From Vicugna vicugna (Eukaryota), in contig MU058531.1 of assembly GCA_013265495.1 (NCBI GenBank), forward strand, positions 612,678 to 676,677: a stretch of DNA of 64,000 bases, given 5' to 3'. The notes below the pieces were generated by a model that saw only the letters and a program-made list of their open reading frames with translations, was not told the DNA's origin and did not search any database. A program made the position numbers and the translations under genes. Numbering within the stretch: position 1 is the stretch's first letter; every line of letters begins with the position of its first letter. Of the stretch, positions 1-12,334 are shown one piece after another.

Positions 1-729
1 TTTAACTCTCCCAGTTCTATGAAGGAGGTATTCTCCAAACGAAGAAACTGATGCTCAGAGAGGTATTTTAATTTAAAAAAGGTCATTTAGTGGCAATTTA
101 ACCACAATGACATCTACCTGTACTGACATCTACCTTGTAGTTCTACTGGCAGAGCTTAGATTCAAAACCAATAAAGTATACTGAAACATTAATCAAAATA
201 CTTTTAAATTATAAGACAAGGACGTGGTCCCTGCAGACATTTGGGAAAAAATACCAAAAAAGGAGAAAATAAAATTTAAATTACTCTAGCAATCGAGGGA
301 AAACTACTACATTAAGATGTATTTCCTCCCAGATATATAAACATAAATAGGTGGATTTTTTAAAAATGTATCTCATAATTTTTCCACTACAGATTTTACT
401 TCCTGAGTTGCTCTGGTTTTCAGCACCATATTGGAAAAAGCAAACTGAGAGGAAAATAGTAGAGAAGATAATTAAAGATGAATGAATTGATAGAATAAAG
501 GTCAGCATGAAATTAAAGGAAAATAAAGAGAAAGGGAAAGGGAGAAACATGCTGATAACTGCACAGAAGAGTCACCCTCGTATGTATTGATACCCTGGAC
601 GTATCCAGAAAAGGCCAAACTAAACTGTGTTCTTTTTAAAAGGGTAGAAAAATGTATAATTAAAAAAAAAACTTATCAAAGACGGGCTAAAATGTAGAGG
701 AACGTCATCACTTTAAGGCGTCAGCATCA

Positions 730-1900
730 CGTAATCTGGAACACTCTTTCTCTTGGTCTTCCCCATCTTCCAGAAAAAGTGACCGTTTTCCCCACAGCCT
801 TGTACAGGGTCCTTATTCTGGAGGAGTCTTTTATCTCTTCTCACCTTACGTTCCACATCACATGTCTATAGTCCACACTAGGTCGGGGTTTAGGGAGTAA
901 ATTACAAAATAGCAAGTGAGGAAAACAGCAACTTCCATTGTTGAAGGAAGAATAGAGGGTGGGGTTTATGCTCTAAGCAGTCTCTGAACATTTCTAATTG
1001 ACCCAGGGAGTTAGTTAAACCATCTCTTTCTAATTCATGGGCCAGGAAAAATAAAACCTTCTACCATTACAAGTCTCCGGTAAATTGGCAGAAATTTACA
1101 CCCAATAGCCTGGGACCTCAAATTCTTCATTTCAATAGCTCATCTCTGACATCTCAGTTTGCAGAATCTACCTGTGAATCTTTATAAATACTAACATACA
1201 AAGGTTATTGATGCATCCAAACTACAGCATTGGAATGGAAATTTTCTTGGATAGTCAGCAAATGCCCCAGGACAAAGCAAGTCTTTTGACCTGGAAGACC
1301 CTTATGCAGGCATTCTGTTTGGCTTTCTTGAAACTCCCATGCCCTAAGGGAAAGGTACACAATCACAACTGGGCTCATAAATGCCTTAGTGATAAGGACA
1401 CACCTCATTTCTCATAAGAGGTATGTTCTTAAAATTTAGTCATAATTTGGAAACTGTACAAAATCATATATGAGATTTATAAACGATAAATCAGTGTTAT
1501 TAGCACTCCCAAAAAGAATTATTTCACAGGAACAACAAATGCTTTTGTGATGCAAGTAATCACTCCTGGTCCTTTCATTTACCATTTAAAAATAAATTCA
1601 AATTTTTATATGCTGTTTTTGTATAGAGGACACTTGGCTTTCTTATCAGTCTTATCTTAGCCAGCTTCTAGGAGGCAGTTGTGTTCCGGTAAATCTTACT
1701 AAAAACTCTTTGCTTTCAAAATGCAGACAGCCCCTTTCTCCATCTGCACCCCAGAAAGGCTAGCTGTAAGAGCATCTGAGTCACAAGCTATATGCAGAAA
1801 AGAGCTTTTCCATTTTCATTTGTGAAGATTTCTCTCCTTAAGCTGAGAATCTCCTTAATCTCACCCTGTAAGATTACCCACAGCCTTTAAGGAGTAGCAC
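730..1900 (-). pseudogene. L: Rhabdovirus-like L remnant: methyltransferase domain and C-terminal domain
   Basis: LRRF/QL..K ~ GIRLGQL..HYK; FL/GADGERG/LSAF (~1755-1720) ~ FLSCGDGSGGMTAA; KPSVLYT (1640-1620) ~ PPSALET; LRTYLL*EMRCVLITKAF (~1430-1379) ~ VRNY...GVLIYKTY; SEM/*(R)AI ~ rabies SEMQRAR. Confidence 0.8.
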
Positions 1901-1914
1901 ATTTAAATCACAGT

Positions 1915-2100
1915 CTATAAATATTAGAGAGGAAGGATGACTTTAGAAATGAGGAGGTCCAACTCTCAGTTGTTTGAAATTAGAAACTGAGGTCCAGAGC
2001 GATTAAGATAGAGCATCCATTTTTACACGAGTTATCCAAAGAGAGTCAAACCTAGGTCTTCTGATGTTAAAAGGCATGCTCTTCTTTACATAAAATACTG
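1915..2100. mobile_element. MIR SINE remnant inserted within the L remnant
   Basis: MIR core-like 'agaaactgaggtccagagcgattaag...aacctaggtcttctga...catgctctt'. Confidence 0.7.
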
Positions 2101-3020
2101 CCCCCTCTGCAGTACTTACATCTCTACGATTTGCATCTGTTTCTAAGCCTACATTTGTAAGTAACAAATATGATTAGAAAAAGGTGACAGAGTCAAACCC
2201 CAACTCATGTTTTTTCTTTGAGTATGTTTTCTAGGTTCATCTGAAATAAAACAGAAGGATATTTTTAAAACCTTCTTCCCATCCATAAAACCGTGAATTC
2301 ATTCATTCATTCACATTCTATGTACTATCTGAATACAGAGATGTCGAAATTGGGGAGCTTCTGAATATAATGAATACTCTCCAACCAAATGACTTCCATC
2401 TGCCCACTGCTTCTGAGGTCTGGATCTAAGGGCAATATTTTCCAAGATGAGCATGAAACTGAAAGGCAATAGAAACCTCCTCTTACCTACCTGGAGTTTT
2501 AAAGTCATGAAAACCTTGTGTGCAGCTTTGAAAAGCTGCCCTGGAACATGGAATACAGCCTCTTCTCACCAGTGCTGAAGGTGGCTTTTTCCAGCTCCAG
2601 CTGTAATATTTCTCCAGATGGCCAGTTAAATGAAACCATCTTTCAGAAAGCCTGAGAGAGCCCACGAGCCTCTCCAACAACAAATTAGGTAGAAAAAGAG
2701 TGGGCTCCAGTGGCGTGTATCACGTAAAGATTTGGTTCCCAAACTTGGCTGCACATAGAAATGCTTACAACATTTGCAGATACTCAGTGGTGCTATGGAA
2801 ATTTTCATTAGTACTTTTGAAAATCCTGACCGACTGATAGATTTACAAATCAGTGAATCATAGGAATTCCATGTCGGTTTTATGATGCCTTTTCTGCCTT
2901 TTAGGACTGGAGTTTCATTTAGTTTACCCAGATCTGGAGGTATAGACACTTCCTGATGATTTAGAATGAACTTCCTCTACTATAATATTCTTCAATCCTG
3001 TACATTGAGAATGATTTCAG
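2100..3020 (-). pseudogene. L: Rhabdovirus-like L remnant: end of PRNTase (cap) domain and connector domain
   Basis: HSQCTGLKNIIVEEVHSKSSGSVY/IPPDL ~ VSV [39 protein letters not shown] ~ SSLFP..RGFLKGLLDGL; KKPPSAL ~ KRPANAV; WKILPLDP...MEVI ~ HKIPTSYP...MGVI; ISDEPRKH ~ CPEEIRHA. Confidence 0.85.
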
Positions 3021-3159
3021 GAGTGTAAGAGGGGAGGAAAAGAAAAAAGAAAAAAAGAAAAAAAAAGAAAAAAGAAAAACAGGTGCCCAATTCCTAGAAA
3101 TTCTGAGTTAATTGATCTGAGGTTGAACCAGGTCTTAAGTATTTTTGGAAGCTTCCCAT

Positions 3160-3630
3160 AGTAGCCAGCCTCCAAGATGGTCCCCAATGAACCCTAGCTA
3201 CTGAAACTTGCATCTTTGGATAGCATTCCCACTCCCACATTGTACCAAGGGCTATGTGACCAATAAAATGGTGCAGAAGTGATGCTATAATTCGGGTATA
3301 AAAAACAGTGCAGTTTCTATCTTAATTGTTCTCCCTCTCGGATCTTTTGCTGTGGGGAAGCCGACTACCATGTCATAATCAACCCTGCGGAGAGGCCTCT
3401 TACCAATAGCCATGTGATTGAGCTTGCAAGCCAGCTCTCCAGCCCAATCCAGCCTTTCAGTGACTGCACCCTTGGTCGACATCTCTACTGCAACCTCAGG
3501 AGAGACTCGGAGCCACAACCACCCAGCTAAACAGCTCCCAGCCCCTCAGAAGTTATAAGAAAACAAATGCTTATTGTTTTAAGGGGCTAAGCTTTAGAGC
3601 GATTTGTTATACAGAGAGAGGTAACTAATA
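3160..3630 (+). mobile_element. MaLR (MLT1-type) solo LTR
   Basis: 'gtagccagcctccaagatggtcccc...ccacaaccacccagctaaa...tgttttaag...gatttgttatacag...taactaata' are MLT1 hallmarks. Confidence 0.8.
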
Positions 3631-3759
3631 TAGTCCCCATGTGATTGTATTAACAGACAGGCTTAGACTAGGAAAAAGACTAAAGTTTTTAGGTAGCTTC
3701 TTATTATTTGTATCTAATTTGATTATTATAAGAGAATATACAGTATAAAACTTAATTAA

Positions 3760-4970
3760 AAATTTTATTAGGAGTTCTTTTATGGCTCAGCAAATGATAT
3801 ATCTTCTTGAAATTACCACGTGCACTTGAACAGAATGTGTCTACTTTGCATTTGTTGTGTGTATTGTACTATACATGTCAGTGAGATCATGCTCGTTGAT
3901 AGCATTTTTCCGACCGTCCATGTTTTTACTCTTTCTGCCTCATTGCTCTATCAATTTCTGAGAGAGAATTGTTACATTCTCCGATGACAATGGATTTATC
4001 TATTTCTCTTAATTCTGTCAATGTTTGCTTCATATATCTTGAGGCTCTGCTGTTAGATACATGAATATTTATGATCATTATATCTTCCTTATGAATTTAT
4101 CATCTTTCCTTATTAAATATCTAAATATCCGTCTTCACTTCTAGTAAACTCTGTGTAAAGCTTACATTGTTTTGATATCCTTTCTTTTAATATCCCTAAC
4201 TTTCTTATGCTTACTATTTTCATGGCATATCTTTTTTCATTTTTTTATTGTTAATTTACCTCTGTCTTTTATTTAAAATATATCTCTTATAGAAAGCATA
4301 CAGTGTGATTTGTTTTTTAGTATCAATTTTGACAGTTTCTGGACCATTAACGTGTTTCGTTCATTAAATATAATGTAATTACTGGTATGTTTCAGTGGGA
4401 AATGATTAGGTCTATAATTTTACTGTTTGCTTTATCTCTTTATAACATCAGTTTTCTTCCGTTTCTTTTTCCCTACCTTTTTTAGGTTTTTCACATTTGA
4501 AAGAATTTGTTTAATCTGTTGACTTGTTAGCAATAGATCTTTGCATTTTTAGTGGCTGCTTAATGACTACAATATTCATTTTTAACTTTTCACAGTCCAT
4601 TTTAAGTTAATATTACATCACTTTGCATAAAATATAGAACTCTTAAAGCCACATAAGTCAATTTACCTGTCATTTTTATGCTTTAGCTTTCCTTTGTTTT
4701 ACATCTGCATGCATCATAAAATCCAACAGAATAATTCTTTATATTAGTAATATATTTCTTAATTATAAGGAAAATATATTTTATATCACAGATTACACTA
4801 TTTCTAATATTCTTTATCACTTCCTGAAGATCTGAGTTTCCCCCTGTTGAGTCATTTGCCTCAGTCTCAAGAAATTCCATTAATGTTTATAGCACATTTC
4901 AGCTGGCAACAGAATTTTTTTCAGTTTTTATTTATTCAAACTGTTTTTATTTTACCACCCCAGCTGAATT
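3760..4970 (-). mobile_element. Old L1 (L1M-type) fragment
   Basis: T-rich antisense L1 endonuclease-region sequence ('tgtggatttatctatttct...gaggctctgctgttagatacat'-like). Confidence 0.75.
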
Positions 4971-5775
4971 TTTTTAATATTGAAGTTTTTTTAATATGAG
5001 ATAAATTTCCACATGATAGTACATAATTTCATATTCCATTCACAGTCATCAAAAAGGTTTCTGAAATGTTTCCACACTTGAAGACTTACTTTTAAAGTCA
5101 ATCTAAATGTCCTATAATGGTATGAAATTCTTTTATAATTTTTGATACATTTTGTAATATATGATTGTAAATTTGGTAAATTTTGGTGTTCCTTTTCGCA
5201 AATTATTTGGAAATCCCTAGTCAACTATTCAACAAATGGGCTGCCACAAAATGTCAGCCTTTGAAGCTTTCAGCAAATTGTAATTACTGAAAATAAATCT
5301 TGCAAAGAGAAAGATACTAAAATTTATCTCAAAAAAGAGAAAGGGGGACTGAACTATTTTTAATGAGAACTAAAATGATATGCATTTTAATTTCCAGTCA
5401 TTTTACTTTTGCTCTCTCACCTTGTAGAAAGATGCTTTTCATGGAGCTTCTATGAAAATAGATAAATTTATGAATAAACTTTTATTATGAACTGAAATGG
5501 GGTATAATTGAGAAGGGCTAGTTTTTCAGCATTTAAACTGGGAAATATCCTCAAGAATCACAAAGAAAGATGACTTACTTGACAAGCTTTTTCTTCTAAA
5601 AAGTACTCTGCATAGAGGAAGAAAAGACAGCAGCTATGAAAATACCGAGGTAAAAACATTTACATATTTCAATAATAAAAAATAAAATTGAAAATATTTA
5701 GCAAAATGTGCTAAGAGCTTACCAGGTACCATAACTTGTAGAAAGAATATTTTCTCAGTTAAAAATTATATGCTT

Positions 5776-8235
5776 AGAGGTGTGGCCAAAGGGCTGAGGA
5801 AGAAAACCCTGAACTCACCTCCTACCATGGACACACCAAAATTACAACTACAGAGCAGCTATCTATGAGAATGACCTGAAGACAAGCAGAAAATATTATC
5901 CACAACTAAAGATATAAAAAAGGAATTACAGTGAGATGGGTAGGAGGGGGTGGAGATCTGGTAGAGTCAAAACCCACACCTCCCAGATAGACAACTCACA
6001 AACAAGACGATAATCACAATTACAAAAGTTCTCCCCAAGGAGCAAGAGGTCCAAGCCTCACACTGGTCTCCCCAGCCTGGGTGTCTTGCATCAGGAAGAG
6101 AAATCCCCCAAACACTAGGCTTTGGATGACCACGGGGCTTGCCCATGGGAAGTACAGAGGGCTGAAGGAAACAGACTCTACTCTTAAAGGGCATGCACAA
6201 AATCCCACACTTTCCAAGTCCCAGTGCAGAGGGAGTAATTTGAGAGGAGCCTGGTTCAGACTCATGTGCTGATCTTGGAGAGGCCCCTGGAGGCAGGAGG
6301 AGGAGGCAACTGGGACCTGCCCAGGAGACATAGATACTGATGGCAGCCATTTTTAGGAGCTTGCTCTCCCATGAAAACTCTAGTGCTGGCTAGCACCATT
6401 TTGGAGTCATCGCTCTAATCTGTAAGTGCTGTTGGCTTACCCATTAGCAGACTGGCACCAGACTCAGGCCCCCTCAGGCTCAGTAGCCAGCTATGCTGGA
6501 ACTTGTCCCCAATCACCTGTCAACCAGCAGACACTACACAAGGCAGACCCTGACAGCAACCCAGCCAGGGGCCAGCCCCACCTACCAGTAATCGGCCCCA
6601 CCACAACAGAATGGCCCGTGCAGCCCACACAGGGGGCGCCTCTATAGTATATAGCTCTGGTGACCAGAGGGGAGTGTGGCTCTACAGGACATCTCCTACC
6701 TGGAGCCACTTCTCCATGATCAAAATATGTAACCAAATTACCTAATACATAGAAATAAACACAAAGAATTAGGCAAAATCAGGAGACAGAGGAATATATT
6801 TCAAAGTAAAAAACAAGAAAAAACCTCAGGAAAAGAACTAAATGAAGGTCTCCCCATAGAGAAATCTACCTGATAAATAGTTTAAGGTAAAGATTATAGA
6901 TGCTCCCAACATGAGAGAATAATGGGTGGAACACAGTGAGACATTTAACAGAGTTAGAAAGTACAAAGAAGAACAAAATAGAGCTAAAAATACAATAACT
7001 GAAATAGGAAAATACACTAGAAAGAATCAACAGTAGATTAGATGATACAGAGGAACAGATCAATGAATTAGAAGACAGAGTGAAAATCACCCACACTGAA
7101 GAGAAAAAATAAGAATTTTTAAAGGGGGGACAGTTTAAGAGACCTCTGGAACAACATCAAGCATACTAACATTTGCATTGTAGGTGTTCCAGAGGGAGAT
7201 GAGAGAAAGCAAGGAGAAGAGAACTTATTTGAATAAACAATAGCTGAAAAATTTCCTCAGGGAAAGTAAACAGACATTCAAGTCCAGAAAGCACATAGAG
7301 TCCCAAACAAGATGAAGCCATAGAGGCCCACAGAAAGACACATTATAATTAAAACCTCAAAAAATTAAGAAAAAGCATACAGGCTAGTTATCAAAATACC
7401 AAAGGCAGTTTCACAGAACTAGAACAAATAGTTCTAAAATTTGTATGGAAACACAAAAGACCTGGAATAACCAAAGGAGTCCCTAGAATGCAAAGAAAGC
7501 TAAAGGTATGAGGTTCCCTGATGTCAAACTATACTACAAGTCTACAGTAATCAAAACAGTGTGGTACTGGCACAAGAAAGAGACATCAGTGGAACAGAAT
7601 AGAGAGTCTAGAAATAAATCCACACACTTTTTGTCAATTAATCTATGACAATGGAGACAAGAATATTCAATGGGGAAAAGACAGGCTCTTCAATAAATGG
7701 TGTTGGGGAAACTGGACAGCTACCTGTCAAAGAGTGAAATTAGCACATTCTCTAACACCATATTAAAAAAAAAAACCCTCAAAATAGATTAAAGACCTAA
7801 CTATAAGACCTAAAACCATAAAACTCCTAGACAAAACTCCTAGACACTCTGACATTGGTCTTAGCAATTTTTATTTTTGATATGTCTCCTCAGCCAAGGG
7901 CAACAAAAGCAAAAATAAACAGACGGGACAGTATCAAACTAAAAAACTTTTGCACAGTGAAGGAAACCATCTACAAAGTGAAAATGCAGTCTACTAATGG
8001 GAGAAGATATCTGAAAACAAATATTGATTAATATCAAAAATATACAAAGAGCTCACACAGCTCAACATCAAAACAAACAAACAAACAAACAAAAAAACCC
8101 TGATAAAAAAAAGTGGGTAGAGGACCTGAATAGATACTTTTCAAAAAAAAAAAAAATACAGACCACCAATAGGTACATGAAAAGATGCTCAACATCACTA
8201 ATCATCAGGGAAATGCAACTCAAACCATAATTAGG
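5776..8235 (+). mobile_element. L1 element: 5'UTR + ORF1 joined at ~7380 to the ORF2 C-terminal part (internal deletion)
   Basis: L1 5'UTR start, ORF1 coiled-coil region 6700-7370, then 'ttcacagaactagaacaaata...tggtactggcac...atgaaaagatgctcaacatcactaatcatcagggaaatgcaa'. Confidence 0.9.
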
Positions 8236-8920
8236 TATCTTTTGTAATTTTTTCTTCTTTCATTTTAATTTTGTTTATTTGGGTCCTCTCTTTTTCTTTT
8301 CCCCCTTAATGAGCCTAGCTAAAGGTTAATCAGTTTTGTTTATTTTAAAAAAGCCAGCTCTTTGTTTCATTGATCTTTTCTACTGTTTTTCTGGTATTTA
8401 TTGTATTTACTTCTGCTCTGCTCTTCACTCTTTCCTTCCTTCTGCTGACCTTGGTCTTTGTTGTTCTTTTCTAATTTCTTTAGATGTTATTGTTGGAAGA
8501 AGTAGTTTAAAGATGTCAGTTACATTCAGTTGATTCATGTTGGTTAGGTGCAACTATGTCTAACTTACTGATTTTACTGTGTGCTGTTTTTACTTACTCA
8601 ACTTAGGATTTTCTGCATGGTAAGATCTGTCAATTTCTAATAAAGGGGTGCTGAAGTCTTCCAACTGTAATAGTAGATTTATCCTTTTCTTTTTTCAATT
8701 CTATTAGTTTTTGCCTCATATAAATTGATGCCTTTGTTAGTCACATACATTTTAAAGATTACTATATCTTCTTGGAGAATTGACCCCTTTATCATGGTGT
8801 AATGCTTTTCTTACTGCCTAGCTTTTATTGGTCTGAAACCCCCTCTTTCTGAAATTGATATAGCTTATCCTGCTTTGTAAAAACTAGTTCTAGCATGGTA
8901 TATTTCTTCCATCCATTGAC
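8235..8920 (-). mobile_element. Antisense L1 fragments
   Basis: 'ctagctaaaggttaatcagttttgtttattttaaaaaagccagctc' and 'tcttggagaattgacccctttatcat' are typical antisense L1 ORF2. Confidence 0.8.
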
Positions 8921-9059
8921 TTAAAATTTTTATTTTTGAAAATAGATTTTGAATAGAACTATTTTATGAGTTTATCAATAAATAAGACCAATTGATTGGT
9001 CAATAAATATTTCAAAAGTCACATAATTTAAATTATTTTTACACCTTATTTCACTCTCA

Positions 9060-9340
9060 ATTTTAAGCCTGTTGGGATGATAAATTACATCCTTGCACTA
9101 GCCCATTATGGGAAACTTCTTCCCACTGTAACCCAACTCATCCTTAGATGAGACAATTATTTTCAGAGTCCGAGTGAGAACCAGGAGTAGTGAGCTCCAC
9201 TTAGAAGTATGTGTAACTGACACTAACTTCCTTGTTTCTATGTAGATACATCTCTGGGCACTACATCTTATTTTGTAAGTGATAGTTAAGGGCAACTATG
9301 CAGAGAAGACATTAGGTTCAGTTACAATATAATAATATCA
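9060..9340 (-). pseudogene. L: Rhabdovirus-like L remnant: PRNTase HR-motif region
   Basis: IIL*LNLMSSL ~ TILSNIHSL; ORF 9098-9295 PLTITYKIRCSAQR ~ rabies FPLEEAPVFKRTGSALHR; LLVLTRTLK ~ LMATTDTMR; SGKKFPIM ~ DGKNYDFM. The HR dipeptide itself is degenerate. Confidence 0.7.
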
Positions 9341-9349
9341 TTGATGCCT

Positions 9350-9560
9350 TCTGTTTGTATCTGCTGGGGCTAGGCACAAGCTTGGGGATTTACACAATTT
9401 ATCTCAATACTGACATGCAGAAATTATTATGTTTCTCATCGATAAGACTGTGTGAGCCAAGGAGATTATTTTACTGTCTAAGATTACAAATTGGAAAGCA
9501 AAAGAACTGAGAATAAGAAGTAGGTCTGTGCTGTCTCTTTCCTCTCTCAGACTGGCTCTC
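9350..9560. mobile_element. MIR remnant within the L remnant
   Basis: Degenerate MIR ('aggcacaagcttggggatttacacaatttatctca...agattacaaattggaaagcaaaagaactgagaat'). Confidence 0.55.
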
Positions 9561-11489
9561 CACTGAAAAACTTTTTAAGAGAATGTGGTTAGAAATGTCT
9601 CTAGAAGGTGTAGGTTTTACTTTTCATTTTTAAATAATACTGAAACTTCTTGTGCAAGGGAAACACTGCTGGGCATATAAAGCAGAAATATCCTAATATG
9701 CCATCAGGTCTGGGAGCCAGAGTCTTGGACCAATTGCCTCAAAGAACACAGCAGCAGGCAAGGAGCCGGGAGACACACCCAAGGACATGTTCTACCCAAA
9801 GTTTCTGTCTAAACTACCTGAATTCTCTCCATATTATGTCTATGATTACAAGAGGAGTTGACTTAGTGCCTGGTGACAGTAGAGAGGCAGCTCTGGGACA
9901 ATGTATGATTAATTTAGACTGCTTCCATGGTCAACTTGGATAATTCACTTAAAAAAAATACTACATGGCCTTCAATTACATACATTTTTTTTTTCTATAG
10001 AGATCAAATTAGTAATATGAGTATCAAATATTTTCAGTCTATGTAATAGAAATTCAGCTTCAGATTGGAACTGTACTAGCTTTTTTCCCCACATAAAATA
10101 TAAGGTAATAGGTGGGTTTATACAAGTATATTAAGGTATATGGTTTTAAAAATTACTCAGGTAGACCTAATGCTCATTTTTGCAAGAAACAACTGCAAGT
10201 ATTTATTTAACTAAATGATCTGAGGTATCAACAGGATCTTTAAATGTTACACCGCTGCTTCCACTCCCCTTTCCAGAACGTAAAGCAGACATCACTAACT
10301 GGTTACAGCATTTTTTCATTGCTGAGCAAAGATGTAACCTGACAATTCTTCTCAGATTAATAACTCGGCATTGGCCATCTGAATAATTTTTTCACATATC
10401 CAGATTAGCTTAGTTTCTAAAGGAAATCTGAAGACTAGATTCATTTTCAACACTGCTCATATCTCCTCTCAACCTGCTTGTACAAACTTATCCTCCAATT
10501 CCCCAGAATTTTCTGATGTGGCTCCTTCTGGCCATTCAGATAAATGGCTTCATGGTCATATTGACACCTGTGCTTATTTACATTTCTGGAAAATCAATTG
10601 TATCAGTAATTTCCAGATTTTTTTTTATTATACACTCATAGTTTTTGAGCAAGTACCTCCAATAGATGAGTATTTATTTACCTATGAATATCATACACAC
10701 ACTATTGTATTAATACATATATATAAATATACACACATATACTTTAAAAGAATGAAGTTAATAATAAATGTAAATAGAAATTCTAATTCTTCCCCCAACC
10801 ACTGGACACTAGTGTCTTTTACAGTGGAGTTACGAATTCACAGTCTACGGAGGCTAGATTCTTAAGTCAGAACACAAGGTGAACATCACAGATAGTTAAA
10901 CTACCCTTAGACATCACTTAGAAGACACTGTTATGGAAACTGATTAAATAACCTCTCAGGTTTATAAATAAACATGCAAGTCCAACATAGCTAGTTTATT
11001 TTTTAACACTGAAAAAATAGTTGTTGCTTCAGTTGAGCAAGTTGTGAAGTAGTTGGCATAGGCTTAAGGATCAGATTGCATGAAAAATACGTGCTAAACA
11101 TTAGATCATGCCAAATTTTCTGTGATATCATACCATGTACTTTCAGAGATAGGAGGGGACTGAGAACAAGGGGTGGAAAAGCAGATTCAAATCTCTTATC
11201 TCACATTCCCACCAGGACATATGGCTCATTCAGTGCAATGGGGGTTGGAAGCAGGCACATGGTTTAAATTCTATCTCTTATTTCTCTCTCACGCCACCAG
11301 ACTTCTTGTAATTGAATTCACCTAAACTAAATGCAAATTTACAGTGACTTCTCTGCATAACACTTCTCTTCTCCTTTCTCATTGTCAGCATCACCTAAAA
11401 TCTCTTTATCACCAGCTCTTCCCCAGCTATATCTCTCCAAATTCTACCAGTGTTTTAAAATCAGTTTCAAATTCAACCTCCCCCTGCTC

Positions 11490-11760
11490 AGAATTTGCAA
11501 CAAGCATAAGTTCCTGTCATATCTGAATTATGACACCAATTTCCTTCCTGATTCATTAACTGGATATTCATATGATGGTTATTTATCTGATCTCTCCAAC
11601 AATTTAGGCATTTTGGCTTAAACCATCAGGCAGAATGGTTAGTATGGTAGTAGGAATCCTGACTTGAGTATCTTTCTCACACTCTAGTGCTGTCCATGCA
11701 GTATTTCTGATTTTCTTACTTCTAATCACAGAGTAAGCTTGTTCTTGCCAGCTTATTTGA
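11490..11760 (-). pseudogene. L: Rhabdovirus-like L remnant: start of PRNTase domain (SW...GxxT region)
   Basis: QISW ~ YKSW; ILTILPDGLSQNA*IVG (PDGL 11630-11619) ~ YVSVHCPDGIHDVFSSRG; PSYEYPVNES ~ PAYLGSKTSES. Confidence 0.65.
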
Positions 11761-11764
11761 AATT

Positions 11765-12035
11765 ACACATGGTCTGTGATTTCCTTTGGCTGATAAAATG
11801 TAGACCTTTCAGTTTGAATCATATGAGTTGTCCTTCCCTGACCCCAGCCATACCCCCAGAGAATGAAGCCTCTATCAACTTGCTTCCTATTTTGAGACAA
11901 CATGAAGTATAGGCCCTGGCAATTCCAGATGGACAGGTAGCATAAATGAGCAATAAAATGTTTTTTATTAAACCACTGCAATTTTAGGATTACTTGTTAC
12001 TTACTACAGCATACCCTGCTCTATTCTGAATGACA
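11765..12035 (+). mobile_element. MaLR LTR fragment
   Basis: MLT1-like 3' end 'aataaaatgttttttattaaaccactgcaattttaggattacttgttac...cagcata'. Confidence 0.65.
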
Positions 12036-12059
12036 TGTAGGGACATTTCTATCACATAT

Positions 12060-12330
12060 AAAATAGACATAACAATAGCTTACATTTAATATATCATCAG
12101 ATATTGTAAGAATCAAATAAAATACATAAAATGCCACAAAAATTTAGAGAAGCATTAAGAATAAAATAGGAACACCAAAATGTCTCAAGTCATGTTGTGT
12201 TTATTATTGTAACTATTTCTGCTGATAATCAGACATGGACAGTACTGAACTCTTCTTATACTGTTAGTACTTTTCACCTCTTTAATTCATTGAACAAATG
12301 AATTCTTTTTTTAGCTATTTATTAAGATGC
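12060..12330 (-). pseudogene. L: Rhabdovirus-like L remnant: late RdRp domain
   Basis: HLFNELKR ~ rabies ALYDEVDK; LETFWCS/PILF ~ LRSFLWSINPLFP; ISDDIL ~ VADGLI. Resumes where the 14240 block ends, across an L1 insertion. Confidence 0.55.
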
Positions 12331-12334
12331 TAAA

